The notes under the pieces are model-generated. The model did no database searches. It worked only from the letters and a program-made list of their open reading frames with translations, and was not told the DNA's origin. 64,000 bases of DNA. Origin: Desulfobacterales bacterium (GTDB lineage: Bacteria; Desulfobacterota; Desulfobacteria; Desulfobacterales; UBA5852). Shown here one piece after another: positions 1 to 10,000 of the stretch (its first letter is position 1; every line of letters begins with the position of its first letter). The stretch covers positions 1,792,001 through 1,856,000 of the forward strand of contig CAXXVS010000003.1 in NCBI GenBank assembly GCA_963674755.2. Reading direction: 5' to 3'. Position numbers and translations under genes: made by a program.

Positions 1-1
1 G

Positions 2-1726
2 GTGCTGGTGGGCCTTGTGGGCGGCCTGGGAGCCTTCGTGTTCCGCGCCCTGATCGCCCTTTTTCACAACCTGCTCTTTCTGGGCCAATTTTCTTTTGTC
101 TATGACGCCAATCTGCACACGGCCCCGGCCCCGTGGGGGATGGGCGTCATCCTGATCCCGGTGCTCGGTGCGGCCGGGGTCGTCTTCCTGGTCAAGAATT
201 TCGCGCCCGAGGCCAAAGGTCATGGCGTGCCGGAGGTGATGGACGCCATCTTCTATACCAAGGGCCGCATCCGGCCCATCGTGGCCGTGGTCAAATCCCT
301 GGCTTCGGCGCTCTCCATCGGCAGCGGCGGCTCCATCGGCCGGGAAGGGCCCATCATCCAGATCGGATCGTCCTTCGGATCCACGGTGGCCCAACTGCTG
401 AAAATTTCCATCTGGCAGCGGATCACCCTGATTGCCGCCGGCGCCGCGGCCGGGATCGCCGCCACCTTCAACACCCCGGTGGGAGGTATCCTCTTTGCCA
501 TGGAAATTCTCCTCTACGAGGTGAGTGCCCGCACCCTGGTCCCGGTGGCCATCGCCACGGCGACGGCCACCTATATCGGCCGGGTGTTCTTCGGGGCGCA
601 CCCCTCGTTCATCATCCCGCAGCTGGAGCGGACCTATTTCCATCTGACCAATCCCTGGGTGCTGATTTCCTACATCGGTCTGGGGCTGCTGACGGGTCTG
701 GTGTCGGCCCTCTACATCAAAGCGATCTATGGCTTCGAAGATTTTTTCGATCAACGCATCAAGGGCGGGTACTATGTCCGCCACCTGGGCGGCATGCTCC
801 TGGTGGGCATCCTGATGTATCTGCTGATGCGCCTCTTCGGGCACTACTACATCGACGGGGTCGGATATGCGACCGTCCAGGATGTGCTCAGCAGTTCGCT
901 GCGCTACGTCCCCCTGCTCCTGCTGCTCTTCGTCCTGAAGCTGCTCGCCACGGCCCTCACCCTGGGCTCCGGCGCCTCGGGGGGCATCTTCTCTCCGGGC
1001 CTGTTCATGGGCGTCACCCTGGGGGGGGCCTACGGTATCTTTGTGAGCTGGCTTTTCCCCTCGCTGGGGATCAGCCCGGCGGCCTTTGCCGTGGCCGGGA
1101 TGGCCGGCATTATCGGGGGCTCCACCGGTGCGGCCCTGGCGGCCATCGTCATGATTTTCGAGATGACCCTCGACTACACCGTCATCATCCCCATGACCAT
1201 CACCGTGGCACTGAGCTACGGCGTCCGCATCCTCTTGTCTCCCCAGAGTATCTACACCCTCAAGCTGGCCCGGCGCGGGCACTACCTGCCGACTCAGTTT
1301 CTGTCGAATTTTCATCTGCTGCTGCACGCCCGCGACATCATGCGCACGGACATCGAGGTGCTGCCCGCCGCCACGCCCCTCTCCGACTATGGTGCGGCGC
1401 TATCCGCGGGGAAGGCTCCGCCGGTCGCCGTGGTCGAGGCCTCCGGCCAGGTGACGGGCATTCTCCCTCAGACCTCGGCCCTGCGCCGCCTGTCGCTTCA
1501 CGACAGCGATGCCCCGGTGGGCGACATGCTGGATCCGCATTATCGGAGAGTCACACCGGACATCAGCGTCGTGGACATGGTGCAGCTCATGCGAACCTCC
1601 GACATCTCCGTGATGCTGGTGTTCAAGACGCTGGAAAACGACTCGGTCCACAACCTGGTCGGCATCATTGATAAAGACTGCCTCTTCGACGCCATGCAGA
1701 AGCCCTTCGACCTGCTGCTGGAGTGA
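2..1726 (+). CDS. ClC-family chloride channel/H+ antiporter with C-terminal CBS pair (5' end outside window)
   Basis: Motifs GHGVPEV, GSGGSIGREGP, GGIFSP, EMT and SIYT; many TM helices; CBS-like soluble C-terminus. Confidence 0.93.
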   Translation: MLVGLVGGLGAFVFRALIALFHNLLFLGQFSFVYDANLHTAPAPWGMGVILIPVLGAAGVVFLVKNFAPEAKGHGVPEVMDAIFYTKGRIRPIVAVVKSLASALSIGSGGSIGREGPIIQIGSSFGSTVAQLLKISIWQRITLIAAGAAAGIAATFNTPVGGILFAMEILLYEVSARTLVPVAIATATATYIGRVFFGAHPSFIIPQLERTYFHLTNPWVLISYIGLGLLTGLVSALYIKAIYGFEDFFDQRIKGGYYVRHLGGMLLVGILMYLLMRLFGHYYIDGVGYATVQDVLSSSLRYVPLLLLLFVLKLLATALTLGSGASGGIFSPGLFMGVTLGGAYGIFVSWLFPSLGISPAAFAVAGMAGIIGGSTGAALAAIVMIFEMTLDYTVIIPMTITVALSYGVRILLSPQSIYTLKLARRGHYLPTQFLSNFHLLLHARDIMRTDIEVLPAATPLSDYGAALSAGKAPPVAVVEASGQVTGILPQTSALRRLSLHDSDAPVGDMLDPHYRRVTPDISVVDMVQLMRTSDISVMLVFKTLENDSVHNLVGIIDKDCLFDAMQKPFDLLLE

Positions 1727-1795
1727 TACGGCCGGGTATTAGAAGAACGCTGTTCATGGATTGCCCATAAAACCATAACTTAGGAGATAGACGCC

Positions 1796-2791
1796 ATGCC
1801 AACACCCGCCAACGCCCAGGAGATTCTTTCCCTGGCGCGCAATTTCATGGAATGCCGGGTGCTTCTGACCGGCGCTGAACTTGATATCTTCACCCACCTG
1901 ACCGAGCCGGCTTCCAGCCGGGATCTGGCCGAGCAGCAGGGCTGGCACGAACGCCCCCTGACGGTCGTCCTGGACGCGCTGGCCGCCATGGGCCTGTTGA
2001 TCAAGAAAGAGGGCCATTACCGGACCGATCCCGGCCTGCTTCCCTTATTGAGCTCACCGTCGCCCCGCAGTGTGCTGCCCATGATCAAGCATGCGGCCAC
2101 CATCTGGAAGAACTGGTCCAATTTGACCCGCATCGTTATCGAAACAGGCGGTGTGGAAAAGCCTCCCGGCCGATTCGAGGGCCGTGAGGATCAAACGGCC
2201 TTCATCGGGGCCATGCATGTCATCGGACGCCAACATGCCCCGGCCATTGTGCAAGCGGTTCAACCCGGCCCCGCGCGGCGCCTGCTCGATGTGGGCGGGG
2301 CCTCAGGCACTTACACCATCGCCTTTTTGGAGGCCTCTCCCCTGATGTCCGCCACCATTTTCGACCTTCCCGACGTGGTGGCGATCGGCCGCGCGCGCGT
2401 CGCCGAGGCCGGGCTGGCGGATCGCGTCACGTTCGTTTCCGGTAATTTCTACACCGATCCGCTGCCGTCCGGGCATGACCTGGCGCTGCTATCGGCGATT
2501 ATCCATCAGAACAGCCCGGTGCAGAACCTGGCGCTGTATAAAAAAGTCTGGACGGCCCTGGTGCCGCGAGGCCGCCTGATCATCCGGGACCATGTGATGA
2601 ACGCCGCTAAAACAGCGCCCCCATCGGGCGCCCTGTTCGCCGTCAACATGCTGGTCGGAACCCCCGGGGGCGGCACCTATACCTATGAGGAGATCAGGTC
2701 CGGTCTGGCCCAAGCGGGGTTCGAAGATGTCCGGCTGATTCAGGAAGAAGACCGGATGATGGGATTGGTCGAAGCCTACCGGCCGCGATAG
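1796..2791 (+). CDS. SAM-dependent O-methyltransferase (Methyltransf_2 with dimerisation domain)
   Basis: LLDVGGASG motif I, FDLP, GNFY; N-terminal winged-helix region; GGAG RBS. Confidence 0.9.
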   Translation: MPTPANAQEILSLARNFMECRVLLTGAELDIFTHLTEPASSRDLAEQQGWHERPLTVVLDALAAMGLLIKKEGHYRTDPGLLPLLSSPSPRSVLPMIKHAATIWKNWSNLTRIVIETGGVEKPPGRFEGREDQTAFIGAMHVIGRQHAPAIVQAVQPGPARRLLDVGGASGTYTIAFLEASPLMSATIFDLPDVVAIGRARVAEAGLADRVTFVSGNFYTDPLPSGHDLALLSAIIHQNSPVQNLALYKKVWTALVPRGRLIIRDHVMNAAKTAPPSGALFAVNMLVGTPGGGTYTYEEIRSGLAQAGFEDVRLIQEEDRMMGLVEAYRPR

Positions 2792-2914
2792 CCGCCGGCT
2801 TCGATGCCATGCTGTCGAAGCGGTTTTCCCTGCCAAGCGCAGCGATGGCATTAAGACGATAGAGGACATTGGCGGCGGTTAGGGCACAGCCCGCCACCAG
2901 CAGAGGATGGTGAT

Positions 2915-4162
2915 ATGAATGCAGGCCCAAAAGGCTTTGTTTCCGGCCTAACCATAGTTCTGATCATGGCCCTGGCGAGTTGCACGGCCTTTTTTTTATG
3001 GCAGATGGCCGCCGACTCCAGCCCTTCGGACCAAATTCCGCCGGATGCAACTGCAGATTTCGGTTTGATGGCCGAAGCGTGGAATACCATTCAGGCGCAT
3101 TATGTCGATCGGCCGGCCGTCAAACCGACCGCCATGACGTACGGCGCCATCAGCGGCATGGTGGATGCGCTTGGGGATGTCGACCACAGCACATTTCTTT
3201 CACCGCAGGAGATCAAACGTCAGGAGGACTTCACCCAAGGCCGCTACAAAGGCATCGGCGTCGAAATCAAAATGAAGGACGGGCATGTGACGATTGTCAC
3301 ACCCTTTGACGATTCACCGGCGCAAAAAGCGGGGATCCAGGCGGGCGAAATCATTTTGGCCGTCGACGGCCATAATGTGGCCGGGCTCAACCTGCTTGGG
3401 GTGGTCAAACTGGTTTCCGGACCGGTGGGAACGGACGTAAAGCTGCTGATACTCGATCCGCAAAGCGGTCTGACGCGCGAGGTCACCTTGACGCGGGCCG
3501 AGGTTGCCACCGAAAATGTCACCTGGAGCCGCCTGCCGGGCAGCGACATCGACCAGTTGCGTATCGCGGCCTTCAGCGAGACGGTCACCAAAAGTCTCAC
3601 CAAAGCCCTGAAGGCGATCCGGCGCGACGCGCCCCGGGGGATCGTGCTCGACCTGCGCAACAACCCGGGCGGCCTGTTGGCGAATGCCGTTTCGACCGCC
3701 AGCCAGTTCCTGCAAGACGGGAACGTGCTGCTCGAAAAGGACGCCAAGGGCAAGATCACGGACATTCCGGTGGAAAAGGGCGGCCTGGCGCTGCAGATTC
3801 CCATGGTCTGCCTGGTAAACGGCGGCACCGCCAGTGCGGCCGAAATCGTGGCCGGCGCCCTCAAGGACCATCATCGCGCCCGACTGGTCGGCACCAAAAC
3901 CTTCGGCACGGGAACGGTGCTGCAGGAATTCCCGCTCTCGGACGGATCGGCGCTGCTGCTGGCCGTAAAGGAATGGTTGACGCCGGATGGCAAAACCATC
4001 TGGCACAAGGGCATCCCTCCCGACCTGAAGGTGCCGTTGGCCGCCGGGGTCAGCCCGCTCACGCCCCTGGAAGTGCGCGGCATGTCGGCCCAGGCGCTGC
4101 AACAGAGCAAGGACCGGCAGCTGCTCGAAGCCATGGCCCTGTTGAGCGGCAAGGCGGAGTAG
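2915..4162 (+). CDS. ctpA: S41 carboxyl-terminal processing protease with PDZ domain
   Basis: N-terminal TM/signal; PDZ (GIGVEI...SPAQKAGI); DLRNNPGG, TASAAE, KTFG. Confidence 0.92.
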   Translation: MNAGPKGFVSGLTIVLIMALASCTAFFLWQMAADSSPSDQIPPDATADFGLMAEAWNTIQAHYVDRPAVKPTAMTYGAISGMVDALGDVDHSTFLSPQEIKRQEDFTQGRYKGIGVEIKMKDGHVTIVTPFDDSPAQKAGIQAGEIILAVDGHNVAGLNLLGVVKLVSGPVGTDVKLLILDPQSGLTREVTLTRAEVATENVTWSRLPGSDIDQLRIAAFSETVTKSLTKALKAIRRDAPRGIVLDLRNNPGGLLANAVSTASQFLQDGNVLLEKDAKGKITDIPVEKGGLALQIPMVCLVNGGTASAAEIVAGALKDHHRARLVGTKTFGTGTVLQEFPLSDGSALLLAVKEWLTPDGKTIWHKGIPPDLKVPLAAGVSPLTPLEVRGMSAQALQQSKDRQLLEAMALLSGKAE

Positions 4163-4197
4163 TCGAAGACAACGGGCGCATGCCATACCCGCCCGCC

Positions 4198-6987
4198 TCA
4201 ATCCCGCAGAATAATGCCCTGGGGCAGGGATTCACCGAACATGGCGTTTTGGTCCCGGGATTCTAGGGCGATGATCTCGCTGACCGGGCGTTGCACGTCG
4301 GCCGCGATCTGGCGGCTTTCCATCCATTCCCGTATGCGGATCCGCAGGGCATCATCCAGATCCCGGGCACGGTCGCCGGTCTTGCGGGCCATTTGCGCAA
4401 TGGCCCGGCCCACCGCATGGGGGTCCTCCCCGTCGTAGGCCATCAGCTGTTCGATCCAGTGCCAAGCTTCGTCAGGCGGTATGCTGCGATCCACCGTGGC
4501 GTATAATAGATCCCGGGCCGCCAGGCGGGAAAGGGCCCACAGGTGCTGGGGCTTCAACTTTTTGACCGCAACTTCCGACAGCAGCTGCCGGCCCAAACGG
4601 GTTTTGTCCGGGGGGGCGAGCTTTTCCAGGTTGGCGGCAAACATCCAGATCTCTAAACGTTCCTGGGGGGTGGTTTTGATCGGCGCCTTTTTGCGGTTGA
4701 ACAACAGGTTCGCGAGGGACTGAAAGGCGTGCCGCTGCTGCCCTTCGGTGAGGCCGGCGGCCGCCCGGCGCCACATGATCCACCACTCCAGGCGCACCCT
4801 GGGTTTCCGGTCGAACACGGGGCCCTGCAGGAAAAGCTTCCAGAGCTGTTGCATGCGCAGCTTGTCCGCGCCTTCACCAAGGCCCGGACGCAGGCAGAAA
4901 CCGAGCAGGTTCATCCAGCCGCTTTCGAAGTCCGGGCCCTGGCCCCGTATCGCGACGAGGTCCAGCAGCTCGTCGGCCAGGGTGCGGATGAACCCCAGCG
5001 GCCAGTCGTCCCGGGGCAGGTCGGTGATCCGGGACAGTGTTTTGGCCAGCTGCGGAACCTGGTTCTTGTCGTTGCCCGTCAGCACTTGGCGAACCCTGTG
5101 CTGGGCTTCCTCGACGATGGTCTGTTCGAGAACCTGGGCTTGGGGGGCCTCCATGGGCGCGGTCGCGTTGCGCAGCTGGAATTGCAGCTTCCAGCGATGG
5201 TCGCTGATGCGTGAACGGCACCAGATGGCGAGCGTCCCGACCTCCGTGTATTCGGCCTCGATTTTAACCGGCAGGGCGCGCTGGGTGCCTTTTTTGCCGT
5301 ATTGGATGACGGTCTGCAGCGGGGGCAGGCCCGTCAGGGAATTATCCACGGCCACCAGGTCACCGTGCTCGTCGCCGCTGCGGTAGCTCGAGCTGAAGAT
5401 GTCGAAGGTCACCGGCTGGTTGGTCAGCACCTCGAAAGACTTGTCCGCCAGGTCGATGGTGCTGCCTTCTTCCAGGCCTCTTTCGACGATGCACATGACC
5501 TCCCGGAGCGCGTCTTCCGTCCGGCCGTCGTGGTCGCGCGCTACGCCGAGGTAGTAGGACCGGGGGCTGCCGCTGCCCACCCGCACACCCTGTCCGATTT
5601 TGACCAGGCCGTAATAGGCCGCCCCGAAGGCCACGGCCAGTTCGAGATCCTGACTTTCCAGTATCCCGGGACGATCGGCATCCGCACCATAATACCACTC
5701 CTGCAGGGCCGCCCGGATCCGCTTGCGGATCACCGCCGGCTTCAACGAGCCGCCGTTGAAGAGAATCAGATCCGGACGGGGCGCGTGCCGCTGCAATTTT
5801 CTTGCGACGTCGTCCTGGTGCTTTTCGATAAAGCGCTTCATGTGCCGTGTAATGGCAGGCTCCGGTTCGTAAGGCAGGCCGAACTCGGTGATGCCTTTGC
5901 GGTCGCCGGCCGCTGCCGGGAGCGGGCCCACGGCGGTCGGGAAGAAACCTTCCAGGACGGTCCGGGCAATCATGTCTTCGGTCAGCACCACGCGCCGGGT
6001 GTCGGCGATCAGGCGTCCGCCGCCGCCCATGAGCGTGACGGTAAACGCGTCTGCCTCGCCGCCCAGAATGGCCTCTTTTCCCCGGCGGCACTGATGCCAC
6101 AAGGCTTTCCAGGCGTCCGTGCTCATGGCGCGCCGCTGGCCGGCGAGCTGGGATTCGACCTGGTGGGCGATGGCCAGATCGATGTTGTCGCCGCCCAGAA
6201 TCAGGTGATCGCCCACGGCAATGCGTTCGAAGCGCGGGCGGCCGTCGGCCTCTCTGAGCAGGATCAAGGTAAAATCGGTGGTGCCGCCGCCGATATCACA
6301 GACCAGGATCAGCTCGTTGGGCTGCACGAAATCACGCCAGTTCTTCTCGTGGCGCAACAGCCAGCTGTAAAAGGCCGCCAGAGGCTCTTCCAGCAAAATG
6401 GCCGTCCGGATGCCGGCGGTTTGAGCTGCCTCCAGGGTGAGTTCCCGCGCGACTTCGTCGAACGAGGCCGGCACCGTCAGGACGACCAGCTGATTTTCGA
6501 GCAGCCGTTCCTCCTCCGGACCCCAGGCGGCGTTCCAGGCCCGGCGAATGTGCTTGAGGTAGGCGGCGGTGGCGGTCACCGGCGAAACCTTGGCCACCTG
6601 GTCGGCGGCCCCCCAGGGCAGGATGGGTGCGCGCCGGTCGACATTGGCGTGGCACAGCCAGCTCTTGGCCGAAGACACCAGCCGGTCCGGCACCAGAGCC
6701 CCCTGATCCCGGGCAAAGGCCCCGACCACGTTTTCTTCCTGGTCGGCGCTCCAGAGCCGGACGATGGCGTCCTCGGCCACATCGTATTCACCGGGAATGT
6801 AAAGAAACGAGGGCAGCAGCGGCAGGGGGCTGACTTGGCCGGGGCCGGTCAGCTGGGGGATTTTAAACAAGCGGATGCCCCGGTTGGCGGTTTCTTCTTC
6901 CGCCAGATCCACATAGGCGAGGGCGCAGTTGGTGGTGCCCAGATCGATGCCGATAACAAAGCGTTGGTCTACCAGAGTCGTCGTCAT
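4198..6987 (-). CDS. Hsp70-family protein with long helical C-terminal extension (DUF3731-like)
   Basis: GIDLGTTN, TVPASFD, LLEEP, DIGGGTTD, GGDNID; ATG at 6987 overlaps the upstream gene's stop (ATGA). Confidence 0.88.
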   Translation of the reverse strand: MTTTLVDQRFVIGIDLGTTNCALAYVDLAEEETANRGIRLFKIPQLTGPGQVSPLPLLPSFLYIPGEYDVAEDAIVRLWSADQEENVVGAFARDQGALVPDRLVSSAKSWLCHANVDRRAPILPWGAADQVAKVSPVTATAAYLKHIRRAWNAAWGPEEERLLENQLVVLTVPASFDEVARELTLEAAQTAGIRTAILLEEPLAAFYSWLLRHEKNWRDFVQPNELILVCDIGGGTTDFTLILLREADGRPRFERIAVGDHLILGGDNIDLAIAHQVESQLAGQRRAMSTDAWKALWHQCRRGKEAILGGEADAFTVTLMGGGGRLIADTRRVVLTEDMIARTVLEGFFPTAVGPLPAAAGDRKGITEFGLPYEPEPAITRHMKRFIEKHQDDVARKLQRHAPRPDLILFNGGSLKPAVIRKRIRAALQEWYYGADADRPGILESQDLELAVAFGAAYYGLVKIGQGVRVGSGSPRSYYLGVARDHDGRTEDALREVMCIVERGLEEGSTIDLADKSFEVLTNQPVTFDIFSSSYRSGDEHGDLVAVDNSLTGLPPLQTVIQYGKKGTQRALPVKIEAEYTEVGTLAIWCRSRISDHRWKLQFQLRNATAPMEAPQAQVLEQTIVEEAQHRVRQVLTGNDKNQVPQLAKTLSRITDLPRDDWPLGFIRTLADELLDLVAIRGQGPDFESGWMNLLGFCLRPGLGEGADKLRMQQLWKLFLQGPVFDRKPRVRLEWWIMWRRAAAGLTEGQQRHAFQSLANLLFNRKKAPIKTTPQERLEIWMFAANLEKLAPPDKTRLGRQLLSEVAVKKLKPQHLWALSRLAARDLLYATVDRSIPPDEAWHWIEQLMAYDGEDPHAVGRAIAQMARKTGDRARDLDDALRIRIREWMESRQIAADVQRPVSEIIALESRDQNAMFGESLPQGIILRD

Positions 6988-8777
6988 GCCTGTTCCCGCA
7001 AGTTGAATTCGAGCTTCCAGCGGCGCTCGTCCCGGCGGGACACACACCAGAGTTCCAGGGTGCCGGTCTCGGTCAGTCTGGTCTGGATGGATACCGGGAT
7101 GACGGTGCCGGTGTCGCCTTCGAGGGTGGTTGCGATGGTCGTGATCGGTTCGATCTCGTCTTCCCAGTCCTCGATCATGGTGCCCACCGCGTCTTCCGTG
7201 CGCACGGCCGAAGCCAGGAAGTCAAATTTGGCGGGCTCGCCCACGATGAGGTTGAATTCCCGTTCAGTAGGCTCGGCTTCCGTGCCTTCTTCCATCCCGA
7301 AGGGCGCCACGCAGAGGGCCTTGATCGGGGAAGGCATTCCCGGTACGGCCGGAAGGGAGGCGGCCACGCCGATGTAATAGGACTGGTTCAATCCGCTTCT
7401 GATCCGGACGCCCCGGCCGCGGCGCGCCAGGCCGTAGTAGGCGGCGCCGATGGCCACGGACAGGTCCATGTTGGCGGATGCCAGCACCTGCGGTTGGACG
7501 TCGGCTTGCCAGGCACCGAGCAACTCGGTGACCCGCGCCTGCAGCAGGCGGGATTTCATGACGCCGCCGTTGTACAGCACCGCGGTCGGCATTTCGTACG
7601 GACGCTCCCCATTGCGGCTGAGGAACTGGGCCAGGTGCCGCGTTATGGCGGGATCGGCTTCATAGGCCAGGCCGGTTTCCTGGATGCCGGCGCGTGTGGC
7701 CGCAGCCGGGCGCGCACGGGGTTCACACAAGGGGAAAAACCCCTCCATGATGACCTGCTCCACGGTTTCGCGCTTGAGTTCCGTGCGCAGGGTGCCGCCG
7801 ATCAAACCGCTGCCGCGGCCCAGGATGGAAATGGGGACGCGGTCGCTGCCGGAAGTCCCCAAAATCTGCTCTTTGGCACTGCGGCAGGTGTGCCACAGGG
7901 CGCGCATCTGCCAGGCGTCCAGCTTCTTGCCGTCAGCTTTCACCTGCTGCGCAACGGCGTAGGCCAGGGCCAGATCCATGTTGTCGCCGCCGACCAGGAT
8001 GTGGCGGCCGACGGCAATGCGCTCGAGTTCGAGATGGCCTTCCGTCTCGGATACCCGGATCAGGCTGAAATCGCTCGTACCGCCGCCCAGGTCGCAAACC
8101 AGCGCCAGGTCCCCGGGGCGCACGGCCTCGCGCCACTGCTCGCCGGAATGGTGGATCCAGGCGTAGAATACGGCCTGGGGTTCTTCCAGGAGAACGATGT
8201 CGGGCAAGCCGGCCATGGCCGCGGCCTTGACCGTCAATTCCCGCGCCACGGCATCAAAGGAAGCCGGTACGGTCAGGAAAATTGCCTGGCGTTCGAGGAG
8301 CAGGCGTTCGTCGTCATGCGCCATCAAGTGGTTCCATGCGCGGCGGATGTGGTCCAGGATGGCCGCCGAGGCTTCCACCGGCGAGAGGTGGTGGACTTCC
8401 GCCGGTGCGCCCCAGGGCAAGATCGGCTGGCTGCGATCCACCGTGGTGTGGCACAGCCAGGACTTGGACGAACTGATCAACTGCTGGGGAACTTCGGCGC
8501 CGCGATTGCGGGCCAGCTCTCCCACCACCAGAGGCACGTCGTCCTGCCAGGGAAGGGTCAAGGCTCCCGACGCTTTTTCCGTATCTCCAGGCAGATAAAT
8601 GAAGGACGGCAGCAATGGCCGTGCGGCCACCGCCCCCGGAGCGGTGAGCTGCGGGATTTCCAGAATCCTGATGTCGGCGTTTTTCCGGGCTTCCGCCTCG
8701 GCGGCCGTATAGGCCAGAATGCTGTTGGTGGTCCCGAGATCGATGCCGACGATATATTTCGCGTTACGTGTATCCAT
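6984..8777 (-). CDS. Hsp70-family protein (non-DnaK)
   Basis: GIDLGTTN, TVPASFD, LLEEP, DLGGGTSD, GGDNMD; AGAGGA RBS before ATG 8777. Confidence 0.9.
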   Translation of the reverse strand: MDTRNAKYIVGIDLGTTNSILAYTAAEAEARKNADIRILEIPQLTAPGAVAARPLLPSFIYLPGDTEKASGALTLPWQDDVPLVVGELARNRGAEVPQQLISSSKSWLCHTTVDRSQPILPWGAPAEVHHLSPVEASAAILDHIRRAWNHLMAHDDERLLLERQAIFLTVPASFDAVARELTVKAAAMAGLPDIVLLEEPQAVFYAWIHHSGEQWREAVRPGDLALVCDLGGGTSDFSLIRVSETEGHLELERIAVGRHILVGGDNMDLALAYAVAQQVKADGKKLDAWQMRALWHTCRSAKEQILGTSGSDRVPISILGRGSGLIGGTLRTELKRETVEQVIMEGFFPLCEPRARPAAATRAGIQETGLAYEADPAITRHLAQFLSRNGERPYEMPTAVLYNGGVMKSRLLQARVTELLGAWQADVQPQVLASANMDLSVAIGAAYYGLARRGRGVRIRSGLNQSYYIGVAASLPAVPGMPSPIKALCVAPFGMEEGTEAEPTEREFNLIVGEPAKFDFLASAVRTEDAVGTMIEDWEDEIEPITTIATTLEGDTGTVIPVSIQTRLTETGTLELWCVSRRDERRWKLEFNLREQA

Positions 8778-9256
8778 TTTCCTCTTGGTTTGGTGATTAA
8801 ATTTGGTTCCTCGTCTGATGCCGCCCAGAAATACGATGTCTCGGCTCAGGCCCGGGCGGCAGAGTCCCGTCTGATCCATTCCTCCCTGTGGGTGACAACC
8901 GCGGGGGAATGCCCCATGTCGAGAATCCCAAAAATGCGGGAACGCTTTTATGGGTCGAATGATTTATTTCAGGCATGGACACGATCTAATTTCTGATGGC
9001 CGCGCCAAGGAAGGCGTTTTTCATGCGGTTTTGTAAAAAAGTTTCAGATACGGCTTGCGAATGCTGTGTAATGAAGCGCAACGCCGATATCGTATATCTC
9101 TTGCATAGTGTCCATCCATAAATGGTAGATTTTGGCTTCTGGCAAGGCCCGAGCGCGTTTTCAACCGGAGGAATAGCAAGCTATTTCGAGGATTGAAAAC
9201 AAGCGAGAACGCCGCCATGGGCCAAAAGATGCCGTTTATGGATGGACACGACATTT

Positions 9257-10000
9257 TTACAGCTCGACCTCTGCCGGCGTAATAATTTTAGTGTTCTGGC
9301 TGCCGGAGAGGGTCGGCAGCTTCAACTTGCCGACCTGCCAGCCCTTGTGCCGCAGGATACCGTTAAACGGCGGATCACCGACAACCTTGCCGGTCAATTT
9401 GACGGCGCCCGGATCGAAATCGTCCCCGATCACAACCTGGCCGCCCTCCTCTTTGTCCAGGACCGGCCGGGGATCGAGATACTCTTGAACGATTCGCAGA
9501 CAACCGGCATGAACGGCCCGTACGGCCGAACCAATCTGCTCATCTTCATACTGGTTGAGATCTTCGGCCAGAAAGTCCATCAGACGCCCTTCGCGCTGCA
9601 GCATCGCAAAAAGGTGCAGAAACATGCGCCGTTCGGCCAGGTCTTTCTTCTCGGCATCTTCTTTAGCCGCCGGCACGGCACGCGCCGTTGGGCGTTCCGG
9701 CACGCCTGCCAGGCGCCGCCGAAGGCCCGCGCGAACAAACATCCATGCCATGAGCCCCATAACCAGGGCCAGGCCCATCATCGCCGGGAACACGGTATAC
9801 CAAAAGCGCGCCTGATAGTTCAGGACCCTGGTCCAGACCGCGGGCGTCGTTCCCCCATCGGCCCCTAGGGCCGGGCCGATCGCTTCGATCAGGACCGTGC
9901 CGCCCAGATAAAGAAGCACGCTGAAAACGGCGGCGATCAAGAGACTGAAAATAATAATGGGGCCCCCAAGCCCGCGGGATGCTTCCTTGCCGTTGTTCAT
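9257..10000 (-). CDS. DUF2760-like membrane-anchored protein
   Basis: Two N-terminal TM segments; LQREGRLMDFL...GILRHKGW...PAEVEL; typical position upstream of an Hsp70 pair; GGGAGG RBS. Confidence 0.82.
   Translation of the reverse strand: MNNGKEASRGLGGPIIIFSLLIAAVFSVLLYLGGTVLIEAIGPALGADGGTTPAVWTRVLNYQARFWYTVFPAMMGLALVMGLMAWMFVRAGLRRRLAGVPERPTARAVPAAKEDAEKKDLAERRMFLHLFAMLQREGRLMDFLAEDLNQYEDEQIGSAVRAVHAGCLRIVQEYLDPRPVLDKEEGGQVVIGDDFDPGAVKLTGKVVGDPPFNGILRHKGWQVGKLKLPTLSGSQNTKIITPAEVEL

Noticed and set aside
133..1671. 512-aa alternative-frame ORF inside the ClC gene
   Set aside because: Arg/His/Pro-rich off-frame product typical of high-GC3 genes.
2..1726. Fluoride-specific CLC-F
   Set aside because: It has GREGP and the C-terminal Tyr, not the CLC-F signatures; GHGVPE is a common ClC variant.
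5302..8996. Long plus-strand ORFs (691 aa and 500 aa) opposite the Hsp70 genes
   Set aside because: Antisense shadows of GC-rich coding DNA; no motifs or RBS.
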